A stretch of DNA of 64,000 nucleotides, taken from Balanoglossus misakiensis (Eukaryota > Animalia > Hemichordata). The stretch lies in the NCBI GenBank assembly GCA_040954595.2, contig CM082578.2:10423166-10487165 (forward strand), in the 5' to 3' direction. The position numbers and the translations under genes were made by a program. Positions 1 to 21,800 of the stretch are shown one piece after another. Below the pieces are notes generated by a model that had not been told where the DNA came from, did no database searches, and worked only from the letters and a program-made list of their open reading frames with translations. The stretch's first letter is position 1, and every line of letters starts with the position of its first letter.

Positions 1-265
1 TATTTGCTATCGGGGGTATACCTGCAGTGTACACTTGATCCTTTCAACAGGCACAGTCACAGGTAGGGCAACTAAACTGGAGAAAATTCCCGCTTTCAGC
101 AATTGCCAAGTTCTGTTTAAAAATGGAAATAACCGCCACAGGAAAAATAATCAGAGTCATACATGTATTTTTGTGAAATTCTTTACAAATCTCGCCTTGT
201 GAACTTGAAAGACTCATAGGCGTGTGATGGTAAACTATCTCCAATGGCATATATGATACACTCAC

Positions 266-1405
266 GTCAATTGGTCATCGGGGTGCTTCTGTTGGTATTT
301 CTTGGCGAGTCCAAACCCCCAAAAGTACAATGACATTATGGGCGTGATCATCACTAGTGGCGCCATCATGCCTCTGTAGAATCCTGCCACTCCCTGCAGA
401 CAAGCAGAATCTGATGTTTTAAAGGGGCCCGTGCGCGGTATTGTTAGTCTCGGTGAGTCTGGGTCACCGAGACTACGTAATTGTATGAATTCCTCCCGCT
501 GTAGGTAATTTTGTTCTCTTGATGTGTCTCAATGTCACGATGCGTTTGTTGGTGACAAGTGACCGCAATGGGGACCAGAAGCCGGACGAACTGTTGACGA
601 ACAATGCAGATACATGTATCTATAACGGGCCACTGTTAGTGTTGACAGATGCATTCATGTGTGGACCTGAATACAATTTAAACACTAAAATACGACTGAG
701 TAATCACATATTGGTTATATTAAGAAGAAAAATAATTGGCATTAAAATCTTCAAGCAGGAAAAGAATTTATGTTTGATGCTCAGAAAAAAATATACTGGT
801 ATATATGAAGATTTGTAATATTGGCCTGATAAACTAAACTCTCTCGTATAGTGCTATGGCAAGTTCTCCTGTTGGCATGCTACGCTGAACAAAACAATTG
901 GGAATACTTCCAACATTGCATTGCTAAAATTATATTTGTAAAAAAATACGTACTTCAGTTCGCATGGTCTTGGCCACACAGTCAATCATGCCGTTGTACG
1001 TGGATTGCGTCTGCAGTCGTACCTGCATGTGGGTGTAAAGAATTTACAGCTAATGAGATCTTTAATATAAACAATCACATGATGTATAAAAGGCATCAAG
1101 TAGACTCTCGGCCACATATCTGTATTGTATCCGATCCAATTGAAGGTACGAGGGAGCCTAACGTTTTCCGGCGATGAGACGTGCTACGCTCTACCGGGGA
1201 GATACATGTAGCTACACTCGCCATCGTTGTATTGCTGGAAGTGGAATGGCTGAGAAGGACAGCTCGCAAATTATGCATGGCATCATGATCCCAGATAACA
1301 AACGCCAACCTATACCTTGACAGTGTCCAAAGGTTGACCGACGGCAATCATGCAGATGCCACCCACACCACCGGAAAAGAAGTTCTTGATCGGTTTGGCC
1401 TCCAT
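266..1405 (-). CDS. SLC25A20: Mitochondrial carnitine/acylcarnitine carrier-like (SLC25 family), first three exons; gene continues beyond the window start
   Basis: Not in the ORF track. Exon 1405-1316 encodes [30 protein letters not shown], exon 1022-954 [23 protein letters not shown], exon 393-266 [42 protein letters not shown]. All junctions are GT-AG with consistent phase. The carrier signature PxDxxKxR is present, and the FGLxKKxQQKHP segment resembles the carnitine carrier from recall. Confidence 0.85.
445..475. mobile_element. 31-bp palindromic TAG...CTA mini-element with degenerate 9-bp TSD
   Basis: TAGTCTCGGTGA-gtctggg-TCACCGAGACTA (12-bp perfect arms). Flanks cggtattgt (436-444) and cgtaattgt (476-484) match at 7 of 9 positions. 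Confidence 0.5.
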
Positions 1406-2190
1406 ATCGGTCTGTGTCCATGAATAGATCCGACAATCAATTAAACGTTCGCTGTCTTCGTCCGACAATACACGTGATCGTCAGCGTTTTCAACACCGTT
1501 ACTCAGTCGTTATTATTCGTCTGTGTTACGTAATAAAAAAACGGCGACGTCAGCCTGATCCTTGGGTCCATTAACTTTATTTGTATAGCTGCATGCATGT
1601 AAACAGCTGTCAAGACTGTGTGTCGTTTACTCTATTTTTACTGTTAAATATTCACATTCTTCTGCCGTGGTTTTGAATGTATGTATGTATTTATTTATTC
1701 ATTTCCAAAATTGTTCCTGATTGGATATGATATTTCTACGTTCTGATTGGATACCAGTAACAATACTAGTATCACTACGTCATATGCAAATTTGATCAAA
1801 ACCATGTGGGAAACATTAGTCGTCAACAGATTCAAATCAACCTCCAATAAACATCATCCAGGTGTAATGAAAATATTAATTGGGGAGGCACTATTTCCAT
1901 ACTTCTACGAATAAATGGACAACACCATTCATAGTGTATGTGTATGCTATCACCACGTCTACTTTATTACAATACAAGAGACAAAACAGTACAACAAATA
2001 AATGGAATTGTGAAAACCTGTAATACATTTTAGTAATCGTTGCAAAAACAATACTGAATCAGCAAAGAGTACACTTGGAAAAATCGTCAGTGAGCAATAG
2101 ATGAAAACAAAAGAGATCCAACATACGCCCTTGGTGTCGTCCTATTAGGCATCAATGAAATCGAACTCCGTACATAAACTGCAGCATTTA

Positions 2191-2917
2191 GGGAGCATTC
2201 GTTTTTTACAGGGAGGGGGGGGGCCGGTGGAATTTGAGTCGCCGACTAAATGTAAAAGGCAACCCCCCCTGGAAATTACTTTTCTAAAATGTGACCCCCC
2301 CCCCCAAAAAAAAGTTTATCCACCGGATATCATGGACACAGCGCTCCCATGAAAAGAATTTGAAACCGATGTTTCCCCTCATCAGTGGGTAGTAAAACTG
2401 AACATTGTTTTTATTTTTTAAGTATTTGTATTCTGTGTTGGGAGACATTGTAAACCGAGAATTGAAGGGGGTGGGTTTGGGAGGGGGTGTCCCCCTCCCA
2501 CGTAAGAAAATTTTATAAAATACAGAGCTCAAAGCTGCATTTTAATGAACCCAGCAAAAGCAAATTAACGTCGCCGCTCAAAGTTATCATGGGGTGGGGG
2601 CAAGTCCCCTGACCTGGGACACTAGATAAACCAGTCAATGATTGAAAGGTGTTGATGAATGGAGGGGGTGGGTGTGGGAGGGGGTGTCCCCCTCCCACAT
2701 TAGAAAATTTTGTAAAATAAAGGACGCGAAACTGCATTTTTGTGGACTCAAAATAAATATTTAGCCGTCAAAGTTTTCAAGTCCCCCCCCCCTTTCAGTC
2801 CCTATATAATAATCCCTTGATTATAAAATTTGTCCCCCCCTAAAAACTGCTTTGTAAAAGTAAACCCCCCCCTGATTTCCACCGGCCCCCCCCTCCCTGT
2901 AAAAAACGAATGCTCCC
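2191..2917. mobile_element. MITE, PIF/Harbinger (Tourist)-like, 727 bp
   Basis: About 40-bp terminal inverted repeats GGGAGCATTCGTTTTTTACAGGGAGGGG...CCGGTGGAA / TTCCACCGGCCCC...CTCCCTGTAAAAAACGAATGCTCCC, with TTA on both sides (3-bp TSD). Internal duplicated block near 2479-2543 and 2677-2740. No coding capacity. Confidence 0.85.
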
Positions 2918-2965
2918 TTATCTATGACGCGACATGCATCCGGATGTCCATCTGCATGCAAGCAG

Positions 2966-3492
<527 letters not shown>

Positions 3493-4450
3493 TTTCCGCT
3501 GCAAGGCATTCTCGCGAGTCAGAGCTCCATTTCCGCTCCGCGAAGCAAAGCGAAAATCAAGCAGTGGCTGTGGCCGTGTAAAAGTGGCTTTTCGTCTACG
3601 ATGCTGCAAGATTGCGAAATCTGAAAGTGACCAACCGGTATACTAGCTGCAGTTCAGTTGCTCGGAGTTTTGTTTATGTTTTGCGACGATGATGCAAGAT
3701 AAAGCAACTTAATTCGACGACATCCTAAATCTAGACGCCTTTTTCATCCATCCACCAAATTCCACCGGACAAAACATTAACGAAACCCTCAACTTCTACC
3801 AGAGTACAACAGCATGCGCACAAATTAATTATAAGGAACTGTGCCACCAACTTACACTGACCTTGATTCCGGAAATAAATAGGCCAAACAGCTACAGTCC
3901 ACACATAGAGTTACATGTAATAGCATACCAGCATTTTCTCAACGTACCTGAAATGGGTCGGGGTTTATGATAAACACCGGGTGAAATCCTGGCGGCAAGG
4001 AGGCCAATATCAAACCGCAACACACGAGACGACAGTGCCATACCGCAAAATCGGCATTCAAGTTGGTTCAGATTATGGAGACCGTGCAGTGAAAACTGAG
4101 GCGGAGATAATCAAGGGTTCAAAGGCTACAGAATGACAACACAAAGATTTAACCAATGACAGTCCGCTTTTTTATACCGTCTGTGGGTTAACAAAATATA
4201 ACCTTGAACGTTGCGTGACCCCAGTCGCGACTGCTTTCGTCATAGCCCGACCAAAGTTTAATTTTCACAAAATGGACTGAAAGTAGGCTAACTGACGGAC
4301 AGGGTTCGCTCACCACATTGAATGAAAAGAGATTCAAAGCCGTTTTAAGAAACTTAATTTCTTTTCTAGCGATTTTTTGTTCGTTCTGGTTTGCCTCGGG
4401 TTTCCATACATTCGCGCGAATTTCTCGAGAATAAAACTTTTTTGATATTA

Positions 4451-4703
4451 GGGACTGTTCTGAATTTACTTCCAGGGGGCCGGAGGATTTTCAGGGGGAC
4501 CACCCATTTTCTCCAAGAAAAATTAGGGGGACCAGACATAAAAATCACAATCCTTTAGGGGGGACCAAGGAAAAACCCCAGGAAATTTAAGGGGGAACCA
4601 CAGATGTCCTCCACAATTTACTAGGGGGACCATGGAAAAAATCACCAGGAAAATAAAAAAAAATCCTCCGGTCCCACCCTGAAAATAAATTCCAAACAGT
4701 CCC
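4451..4703. mobile_element. MITE, PIF/Harbinger-like, 253 bp, in the GLOD5/USP divergent intergenic region
   Basis: Imperfect TIRs GGGACTGTTCTGAATTTACTTCCAGGG / CCCTGAAAATAAATTCCAAACAGTCCC, TTA on both flanks, internal GGGGACCA repeats. Confidence 0.8.
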
Positions 4704-5091
4704 TTAGGCCTGAGAAAATGTGACCTTACTCCCAAGGTCATCTATACTGTTTCCAATTACAGTTGTCCTGCTGGCTGCAGGCGAGTTTGCACCGTCATTC
4801 TTCCCACGGTAGGGATCATTGCTATATTTCAAGTTCATATCAAGCTACACACTTCCTGATCCCTTCAACAACTGGCAGCCTAGATCCCACCTTTCTGACA
4901 TACATTCATGTCCATTTGCCTTGCCTTTTACGTCCTCGAATGAAGCTGTCTATTTTTAGTAATTACGTGATTCAACCAATCAGCATTTGGAGGTTTCCGA
5001 TCAGCATGCAAGGGTATGAACAATCCAGAAATGTTGACGTCATGATACCCACAATGCCTTTCAATCTCCTTTAAACATCTAACTTTCCAAG

Positions 5092-12089
<6,998 letters not shown>

Positions 12090-13076
12090 ACTTCTGAAGC
12101 AGCCACGATCACTCGGTTGATGACCTCGCCACCCACGAAATAACCGACTTGGCAGCGTGTACATACTGTATTATACGCACTTCTCAAAAAAAAACCTAGC
12201 TGCTAAGTTTATACAGTACACCGGAAGCTTCATGTGCCTCTGAGAAAAAAGATAGATTCAAAATTACAAATGGAAAGTCTGTTGCTCTGCTTTCAAGTGG
12301 TGCCATTACAGTGCAGGCAGAAGGGACCCGTCAGAAAAATATAGAATCTACCCGTCGTATCGATGGTTGTTGTTTTTTTGTCCTTTATAAGTCGTTCCAC
12401 CCTGTTCGTCACACCCACTTTCTGAAACGCTCATTCACCATTTCAACTTTCCCGATTTGTAGGCTCTCCTACAGAGGAAACCAACTTGCACTGCTCAGGC
12501 TGTCTCTCGCAAGAGAGTTTGAAAAACGCCTGTCTTGTCTGTATACATCAACCACCATTTACATATCCCCTGCTTTCCTCCTCCTCAACCATTTATCCTA
12601 TCACCACCAAACGTGTGCTCACCCGTATTATTTTAGTGACATGGTTGAATCTCCTCTATACATGGTATTGAATTGAAAGTGAAAGGGGCCGATGAAACTA
12701 ACCCGTCTACCAGACAAATTTAACAATGATATAAAGATCTATTCATTTGAAAATACTACCATCAGTTTTTTTTAAACGGATAAGCCTAATGCTTTTTACA
12801 TCTTTTTTTGTTTTTGTAATTTATTGAATGTGGCGAAAGATAGACAGAATGAATACATATTGCTTGAAAGTCCAACCCGGAACAACGAAATTATTAACCC
12901 GTATCATGGTATTATCGTAGACTTGTCAAAGAAATAGTAATTTACTGAGAAAGCCAGTTCCTTCGGCGGGCATCAGTCAAATTGTTCACTGTTCTTTTGT
13001 TAATTATTATTGTAGGTTTCCTTTTTTAAATTTAAGAGTATGTGAGTGTACAGTTTGCAAAGTTTCCTTTATTGAA

Positions 13077-13222
13077 AATAAAAGTGTCAATGATAATGTT
13101 GGTTTTGTCGTTTCTTCTGAAAGAGTTGTGTGTTTTCAGTAAAATAAATACATAGCTGTATACACACACAAGTTATCTTTGCAGACTCGAGTCCAAGTTC
13201 TTTTCTTTAGCCAGATTTTATT
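13077..13222. terminator. Candidate convergent poly(A) signals of the USP gene (+) and the dehydrogenase gene (-)
   Basis: AATAAA at 13077-13082 (+) followed by a GT-rich tract; TTTATT at 13217-13222 (AATAAA on -). Hexamers are common in AT-rich DNA, so support is weak. Confidence 0.3.
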
Positions 13223-13484
13223 TCAGTAACATATTGCTCTTCTTGCTACGTACATGTACACAAGTTTCAAATGTTGAAAGTGTTGCTGCCCACAATGAAA
13301 GGTACCATCTGGATTTGAAAACATTCAAGGCTGGACCTTTTGCTTTGCTTGTGGTCGTTGCCATTCTGAAGACATGCATACAGTACAATACCGTACACTG
13401 AGTATGATATTGGCGCATGGTGTTATATTAAAACCCTGCCAGATAGGCACTGTGTACAGTCATGTAACAAGTGTGCATCTTTAA

Positions 13485-13570
13485 CCCTTTTCACCCCCAG
13501 TTCCCTCTTTTGAGGTTCAACTTTACCATTGAAAACGGTGGGTTTGGATGGAACCATGGTGGTGAAAGGG
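13485..13570. mobile_element. Short piggyBac-like MITE (86 bp)
   Basis: TTAA|CCCTTTTCACC...GGTGAAAGGG|GTAA: CCC/GGG termini, short imperfect TIR, and a TTAA target with one mismatch on the right. Confidence 0.45.
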
Positions 13571-15861
13571 GTAAAATTACCCCACACCCTCCCATCCCTC
13601 AAAATTCGGGAAATCACCAAGAAAGCATTCTTTTTTGGACACAAGTGCTGTAATAATCAAATTCTTACACATTGCTGAAACCACATTGTGACTTCACAGT
13701 TGATTAGTAACGTTTCAGCAGACCACTCTCATTTGGTTGAATAAGGAATACACATACGTACAGTGTCTGCATCAGCACTAGCAATGTGTAAATGATGAAC
13801 CTGAAACAAACCGCCAATCCACTAAAAATATAAATAAATGCTCAGGAAAATATCAAAAGTTTTTAGGCATTTAAAGTCTTAGTACAAGGTTCTAAATATT
13901 AGTATTCTTTAAAAGACAACATGGCCACTAACACCATGCTTACCATTAACAGCATGTTATTCAATGATCCTCAAAAAAACTAAATTTACTTTCTACCTCA
14001 ACAGCACACAACTCCCGCCAGGCGCATTCCACCCACTGAAAATACTGATTATGCTTTCATCCAGTTAAAACATCATGCAGAAAATATGAATTGAAAGAGG
14101 AGAAATTCTTGTCCGGAAATGTGCATAGCCAATGTATGTACCACTGTGTTTAAAATCTTTCGAAAACGGATGGAATAGAATGAGAACATCATTCATCTGA
14201 ATGCAACTTTGGTTTGATCGCGAATTTACAATAGTTCGATTCCACAATTCAATAATGTATAAGAGCATGCAGGGAACACTGTACTTTGGATTTTTGGTCA
14301 ATTCTAGAAGCAAATCTTTTTTTCCCTGAATCCAAGCATCATCCACTTGGATTTCTTGTGCCAGTGAGGATTGGGGATTAAATGGAGTAAACATTTCGGT
14401 GGATAAGATGTGTGCATCTAAACAGTAAACAGTAAGTGAAACAGTCTTGACACCTCTCCCTGTGCCCTGTGACATGACGCGAACACTTTCTTCTGAGATG
14501 GATGGGTTCAAAGAATTGAAAACAGTTCAGGCACATGAAAGCCAAATGGTGACACTATAAAAGCAGCTCACAATCACATATTTAATAGAAAAATCACATG
14601 ATTAGTGCACAATCATTAGTTATCAAAAACAAGATTATTCTCAAAGGAAAATTTATCTAATACTTTAACTGACCACAGGCACTGATAATTTTGACTACCG
14701 ATACCTAATGCCTTACTCTGGGCAGACGACTTTTGCTCTCTAACTGGTACATTTAAAACTTGCATTTTCAGTTGTTGTGGAGATGATACTAAAACACTTG
14801 CATTGTTCAGATATGGCTGCTGCATTGTAGGACCTTGGAACGCGAGAATGTATTCCACAAATACGGAATGCACTTGATCTAAGCTATCATATGACTACCA
14901 GAAAGACTGGCAGACTATTACATTTTCTATCGTAAAAATTGTTCTCATTTTTGTTCAAAAACAAAGTATTGGACCTGAAAAACTCCAGCGTCTGACACAC
15001 CACCTATCAAAGGTATTTAGTAATACGAACTCTTTACTTGGAAGCATGTAGGACTCCCTTCACTTCACTTCACCAGAAGTCTTACAGGCAACACTAGGCT
15101 GGTGGCGTGCCTATTCTGACAGACAGCAAAACTTGACGGATACCTGAATTCCTATAGGACGGCAATTACAGGATATATTCTAAACACGAACATGGTTCTG
15201 CCCAGGTTGAACTGAGTATCCGCTACTCATTAATATTCGTGTTCATTAATATTCATGAATGCTGCAAGTCATACCCATTCATCAATGTATCAAATAGACT
15301 GGACTGAGTACACAATAGCATCTGATGTCAGCCTTATGTTTGATAGTTTTGTGTTGGAGGGCAGGACCCTGCACGAATTTCTCCAAATCAAGTGTGCATA
15401 TACAAGTATTATGTAAGTGTAACATAACACTGATATTCTCGTATTAGACTTGGACATGGTTCCCTTCCTTTAACTCTACAAGACTGGTAAGACCAAAACC
15501 TAGCAACACTTAGTGCTGCAGGGGGGTCAAACCGCATTTCCACTGTCTTCCTCAAAACGCAACACCGACTCAGAGACACTTGGAAAAAAAACACAATTAA
15601 GGTGAAGCGGCAACTGTTAGCAATTTAGAAATTCATGATAACAATATTAATTGAAAAAGACTGGAAAATTTCTCTTTAGCCCTATATACACCCACTCAAC
15701 TTTTCACATCTATAAAAAAAATACCGGGTAAGAACAAATATCCCTATAGCACCTCTTGTTTAAATAGTCTCGGAATATCCCGAATATTGTTAGTTTTAAG
15801 TTACAAATCCTGCTTATGTCACATATTTAACAAATTGTTCTATACAGATAGAGTAAAAAAG

Positions 15862-18800
15862 TTACAGCACTGGTTGCTTATGCCACTCGGATTCGACCAG
15901 TGAGTCAATGATTTTCTGCGAGCGCATGGGCCAGATGGGGTGCCACTCTCGACTGAGTTTGTCTGCAATGGAATTGGCAGCCTCTACAGCGGTGATGTTC
16001 TCTTCTGTTGCCTTTTCTAAAATTTTCTTGGTCATCAAAAAAATCTGCAGGGTTAAAAGAGAGGAAATGTTTTTTTTTAGCTGACTCTTCTATTTTTATT
16101 GCAGTGTCAAATTAGAAAACTTTACATAACGAAATATAACTTCTTGCAGATATCATTTTGAAAACTTTTTACAGAGAAAAACTTTTTGGAGAAAAAAAAC
16201 AATTCGTAACAACGCATCAGTCTTAGCTGAACATAAATTGCATTGAGGTTTGCACACTTTATAAGCTACTTACAGAGTTTTCCCAATCCCTGCTAAAATG
16301 TCTGTCTATTGCTGGATCATTTGCCAATCTTCCATACGCCTCATTGGCACAGTTGACGATACCCTGCAAATTAAATGTACAGTAAGAGTTTAACTCCTTC
16401 TTATCAGTTTAGCCTTTAAAAAACAGCTTATTCAGTTCCCAGTTTCTAGTGGAAAAAAGAGTCCTAACTAGTGAGGTATCCTTTTAAAAAACCCTATTCA
16501 ACTTATGGCCTGAAAATATTACACAGATTTCATGAAACACTGTTGATAACTCATGTAACTAACTATGTTTTTTCTTGAGATATCATCAACATTACTTGAC
16601 CTACCATTCTGTTGGCCAGGTAATCTACAACGTAGGTGATTCCCCTTTCTTTCAACAGAACATTGTCTTCCGGACTTCCCAGCTGGTTGTTGGCAGCGCC
16701 GCAGACAATCTCAGCCTGGATGGTCGGAATCGTGTCCTTGTTCAGAACCTGGAAAGAAGATGTCGGTGCACGACGGATTGTGAGACGTAAACTATGTTGA
16801 ATATCACGGACAGGCAGAGGGAAAGTGTGTGGAATAGGCAAAAAATTGCTCGACAGAGAAAAGAGGGGTAGAATGATGGTGTCAGGAGGTGGAGATGATT
16901 GCAGCTAGACACACATAAGAGAAATGGACAGCAAGTTTACTGCTTGTGGTAGTTTTTGAGAGAGAGAGCAGACAACCACCAGAAACATACGACGAGATTG
17001 ATGGTAGGTTTTCAGACTGAGAACTGATGGTTATAGTATAGGACCTTGCTGCCCGCCATACTTACATTTCCTAATGCACAAGGTGAAAGGATATCGCATG
17101 GACGAGACATCACCGACGTGTCGTCTATTTCCACCTTTTCAATGTGTAATCGACCTTCATGCTGTGTAATGACACAAAACAGTGGACAAGTCAGTTGCAC
17201 GTTTTCCAGGTAAACACCATGTTGACAATGAACTCTCAGTGGTTGCAAACAATGATTACAGACTACACACTCTTTACTAATACAATGATTGTGCACAACA
17301 GTTGTTCAGTAGTGAACGCTGGGGGTGCTTTAACAAGGTAAAATTCACACACCTTGTGATGGAAGAAATGCTTCATGTCATCAACCCGACTCTGGTGGCA
17401 GTCTGTCACGAAGATGGACGACACACCTTTCAGCAGCAATTCCTCCACAATAACAGTCGCTGTGAAATGAAACGAATGTAACAGCACAATTAAACTGTTG
17501 CTATATGAATGACAAAACACAATGAAACAATACAGGAATCTGAGAACACAACTATGTATGGATCCAGATCTAATAGCCACTGCTAACAACCAAGGCTGGC
17601 AAATCACCCATTCCTCGTTTCTATCCTCTGTTCACAGCTGACCCCAGAAACCAATCGGTCAACAGAACTCCACAACACACACCTTCTAACTTACCTACAT
17701 TACCAGCGCCCTGGATGACCACCGACTTGCCGGACAAAGTTCCCATGTGAAGGAAATCCAACGCTCCTTCCATGGCACACACAACACCTGGAATACAGAC
17801 GGTTGGGATCAGTCATCAAATGCATAGGGTGGTAATATACTAAGGCTTTACTAAGTTGCACATATTTGGTGGGTTAATAACGGGATTGGGTGGCGGAAGA
17901 TTAGGCCCCCTCTTAAACATTCATTTTTGATCAATTTGGCAGAATAAGTATTTTAAAGGATGAGAAAATTTGCAAATGTGTTTGGTCCGGAAAGTGTACT
18001 GATATTGTTTTCACTTGTTTGCTCATAGACAATTAATCATACTGTTATATTATTAGACCATGAATTTGCTGTCATAGCTAAAACACGACGACTTGATGAC
18101 TAAAATACTCCTATTCATGAAATGGGATTCAAACAAAACTATCAGGAAACATGTCATGGTGTTTGGGACACGATACCTTTTCCAGTGGCAACGGATGGAT
18201 TGCCAGAGCCTCCCTTGTCCTCCGGAATACACGTTGCATACCGGGTGCGGTGGTGAACATGATCTAAATCGTTTACATTCACCCCGACATCTTCAGCTGT
18301 CACTGTAATTGTGGCAAGAAGAGACCAAATGATTACAAGGAGGCAGTTTTTTGATAGTGCAGTAAACCTTCAGACAGTTTTACAAGCTGCGATTTCCCCC
18401 AAAGTATTGGCCAATCCTTAATTTTGGTAAAATAGTAGATAATTAATTACATTTATTATGCAAATGATTTGATACTGTAATTGCTAATTCCTCGCAAGAA
18501 CAAGTGTATACTTCAACTTTGTGCACATGAAACACACCCTGCACAATTTCCAGGCACAGAGTTCTACATCAATACATGTGTACTTTTTTTTAGTATTTTC
18601 AAAAAACTAGTGAAAATTCTTCATTCAAGAAACATTCCTGGTTTACAAATTAACTACAAACAACACTCTCCTGGCATTGCGATTAGTTAGAACATTATTG
18701 GGATTCACAAACTTTGGGATAAGTAACACTAAAATATGCATGCTGATGCCATTTCTAAAATGGTAGCGCTTACAAAGACCACTTGCAGAGCACACACTCA

Positions 18801-21800
18801 AAGATGGTTTTAGGAACTGCGCAGGTAGCACAGAATAAATCACTTTTAAAATTAAGTCTCACTATCATGTTTAATTAAGTTTTTAGTTTCAGTTCATATA
18901 AACGGGTTAACAGTGACATTAGTGGTTTTGAAGAGTTTGAAAAGCAGACATTTTATCTGACCAGTACGTTTAGACTTGAGTTTGATTTGAATAAAGTAAT
19001 GCATTACAAAAAAAGTTTCCACTTGAGGAAATTAGAATCTTTCATACAAACGTCTCTAAGAAATGCTACAGCCTACGTCTTCACTCTCATGGCATTCTTT
19101 CATAACTGAGGCGTGACAGTGGTTGTCAATTCAAATTCAAAAAATAAAATAAATGAGATGTTCTGAACAGACAGCATCAAAATGATGGTATGGTCGATTT
19201 AAATGGCATCTAGAGTTGAAATGATACCTACCCAATCAACGCTTATGATTTTACCCGTCAAATGAAAGTAATTCTGCATCTATTGGCAGAATCTGCTATT
19301 CGTGAAAAGTTGGTAGTGCAAGTGCCAGAGAGCTCTTTAACTAATTAGTGAAGGGGTTAGTAATTACAGTAAATTAATTGAGGTATTAGGGAAAATGGGG
19401 ATGAAAAAAAACACAAACAAGCCACTACAAAAAAAAAAAAAAAATAATGATGATGATGAAACTTTAAAACACCACAACAAAACAACTCAAACAAATAATA
19501 AACAAAGGAACATGCCAGGTGTGTATTTGCAGCCAAGAAGCCAAACAACTTTTTTTTATAAAATGGAATTGAAGCGAAAATCTAAGCAATTTTTTTTAAT
19601 GATTTTTATCAACTGCCTTGACGTTGGGATGATTTCTGGGGGGTTTTCGCCTACCATAGCAACCGTTGAGCGATGTCAGGAAATCGCCGTAGTCATAAAA
19701 TAACGAAGCTCGGAAGTCTGGAAGAATGTGTTTCTTTGCTTTGGGTTCGGCAACTATGCCAGTTCCTCCACCAACCCTCAAATTGAAGATGAAACAAAAG
19801 GCAGAAGATCTAGAGTGAGTATATAGGTGTCCTAAGAACTGCAACTCTACAGTCGTTAGTCTGTTTCCTCTACTGGCAATTATGACTTAACAATAGTGTA
19901 CCCATCTTTCAGGTGCGGTCAACAGAAAACATCATGGGAGGGGTGCACAAGTTTTAATTTTTACACTCTAGCTGAAATGAAGACAGGGCTGGGTTGGCAA
20001 GACATAGAAGAAGAGTTGAAAAGAGGACGCTTATTAACACGGCATGCTGGAAGAAATAAAATATGCACGTTATTTCTGAGAAAGAACAAGTTATAGTCAG
20101 TGACATAGTCCCACTAGATAAAAGTATAGGTAGTTTTAAATTTAAGATTAGATATATTGAAGAAAGACATGGTGGCATGAATGTCAAGGCGTGTCAGTCT
20201 GCGAAATACAAATGTAGCTCTGACAATGTTTCTAAAAAAAGGATTAGCTTGAAGGTTCAGGCAACAAGTCTGTGGAAAGGCTACGGACACGAAAACATAT
20301 ACAATACATGTAGTAACAAATGGCCACCCAGCAGCCATATCAGATCATGACACAAAACAAATTGAGAGTTGAAAGTGGACAGAAATTAGCTGTTGAGAAC
20401 TTGTTATAAAATAGCTTTTTTTAATGATGACATTAGAAAACGCAGACAGTTTACAAACAACAAAAGATACAGTTTACCTCGGTACCTATCGGAGGTAACG
20501 ATGAAACAATACGTGGGGAGACAGCACAGAAAGATGGTGTACACTTTTGGCAAGTCCTGACTCATGACGTGTAAGGTGTGTGAAGATTGACAAATAAAAA
20601 ATAAATGTCAGTTACCATAGCAACCATTCAAAGAGGACAAGAAATCGCCATAATCATAGAAGATCTGAGCGCGGTAATCTTGTTGCAAGTGTTTGTCGGC
20701 AGAAGGTACTTGAACTACGCCCTTGCCGCCACCAGCCCTAAATGACAGATAAGCAAAATGACAGGGAGAAAACAATGTCTAACCGGTGACGTTTGGGGTT
20801 AAAAAAAAAAAAGATTTGTGTATGAAATGGCTGCTATGATTATGTCAAAAATAATGTCAACAGTCTAGTAGGTCCTTCAAAAAAACGTAATATGTTAGAC
20901 CAGCTGAGCACTGTTCACAGTAAGCACTCCCCATCACAAATTTGTCACTCAAACACAGCCTTGCCACACTGGCACAGCAAATAAATTCTCTCTTGCATCG
21001 GCCCTCGTGTAGATTTTAAGCTTCTGCCAAGCTTTAGTGCAGTGTGCAGGGAAAAACTGAGTTCTGCTCAATTTGCCGTGGTTTTTATTTACTCATCCAT
21101 CATACGCAAAATGCAGAATTGTCAGCAGATGTTTGAAAGAGAGAATTTAGTTACTGTGACCTTCTTTACTAACAATCATACAACGCAGTATGACAGTAAA
21201 TAATACAATGAATGCAATTTGGGTGTGTGTATAACAATGGTCATACTAATTGGGCAGTGAATGTCTGGTCAGAAACACACACACAGACAGATACAAGCAG
21301 ACAGACAGATGGACACACTGCACTTCAAAGGCAAACCCTCAGAAAACTTTGACAGCATTATACATTCAGCTTAAAAATCATCAAAACAATTCATACTTTT
21401 CGATCTATATAAAGTACATTAAATTTATTTCATTTTTTTATTTGATCACGCTTTGACATAAATCAGCGTGTACGAACATGGCGTGGTTAACATGATTTTA
21501 ATTAACTATACATGAACAAGAACACTTCTTGTTTATGTCACTTTCCATTTTGCCCCCCCCCCCCATCAATTGATATATGGCTTATCCCTTTGATGACATA
21601 TGATAAAATAATATTTTTTGCAGTCTGCATTTTTCATTCTCTGTCAACTGTTTGAAAATACCTAGCTTCTAAGAATTGAAAGAATTTCTGAAAGCTCCAC
21701 TAACACACATATACACAGACACATCCACTGACATGCTGTTACATTCAGCAACTCACTGTGCTTGTAGATACATGTACTCAGCTGATGTGCACTGATGACA

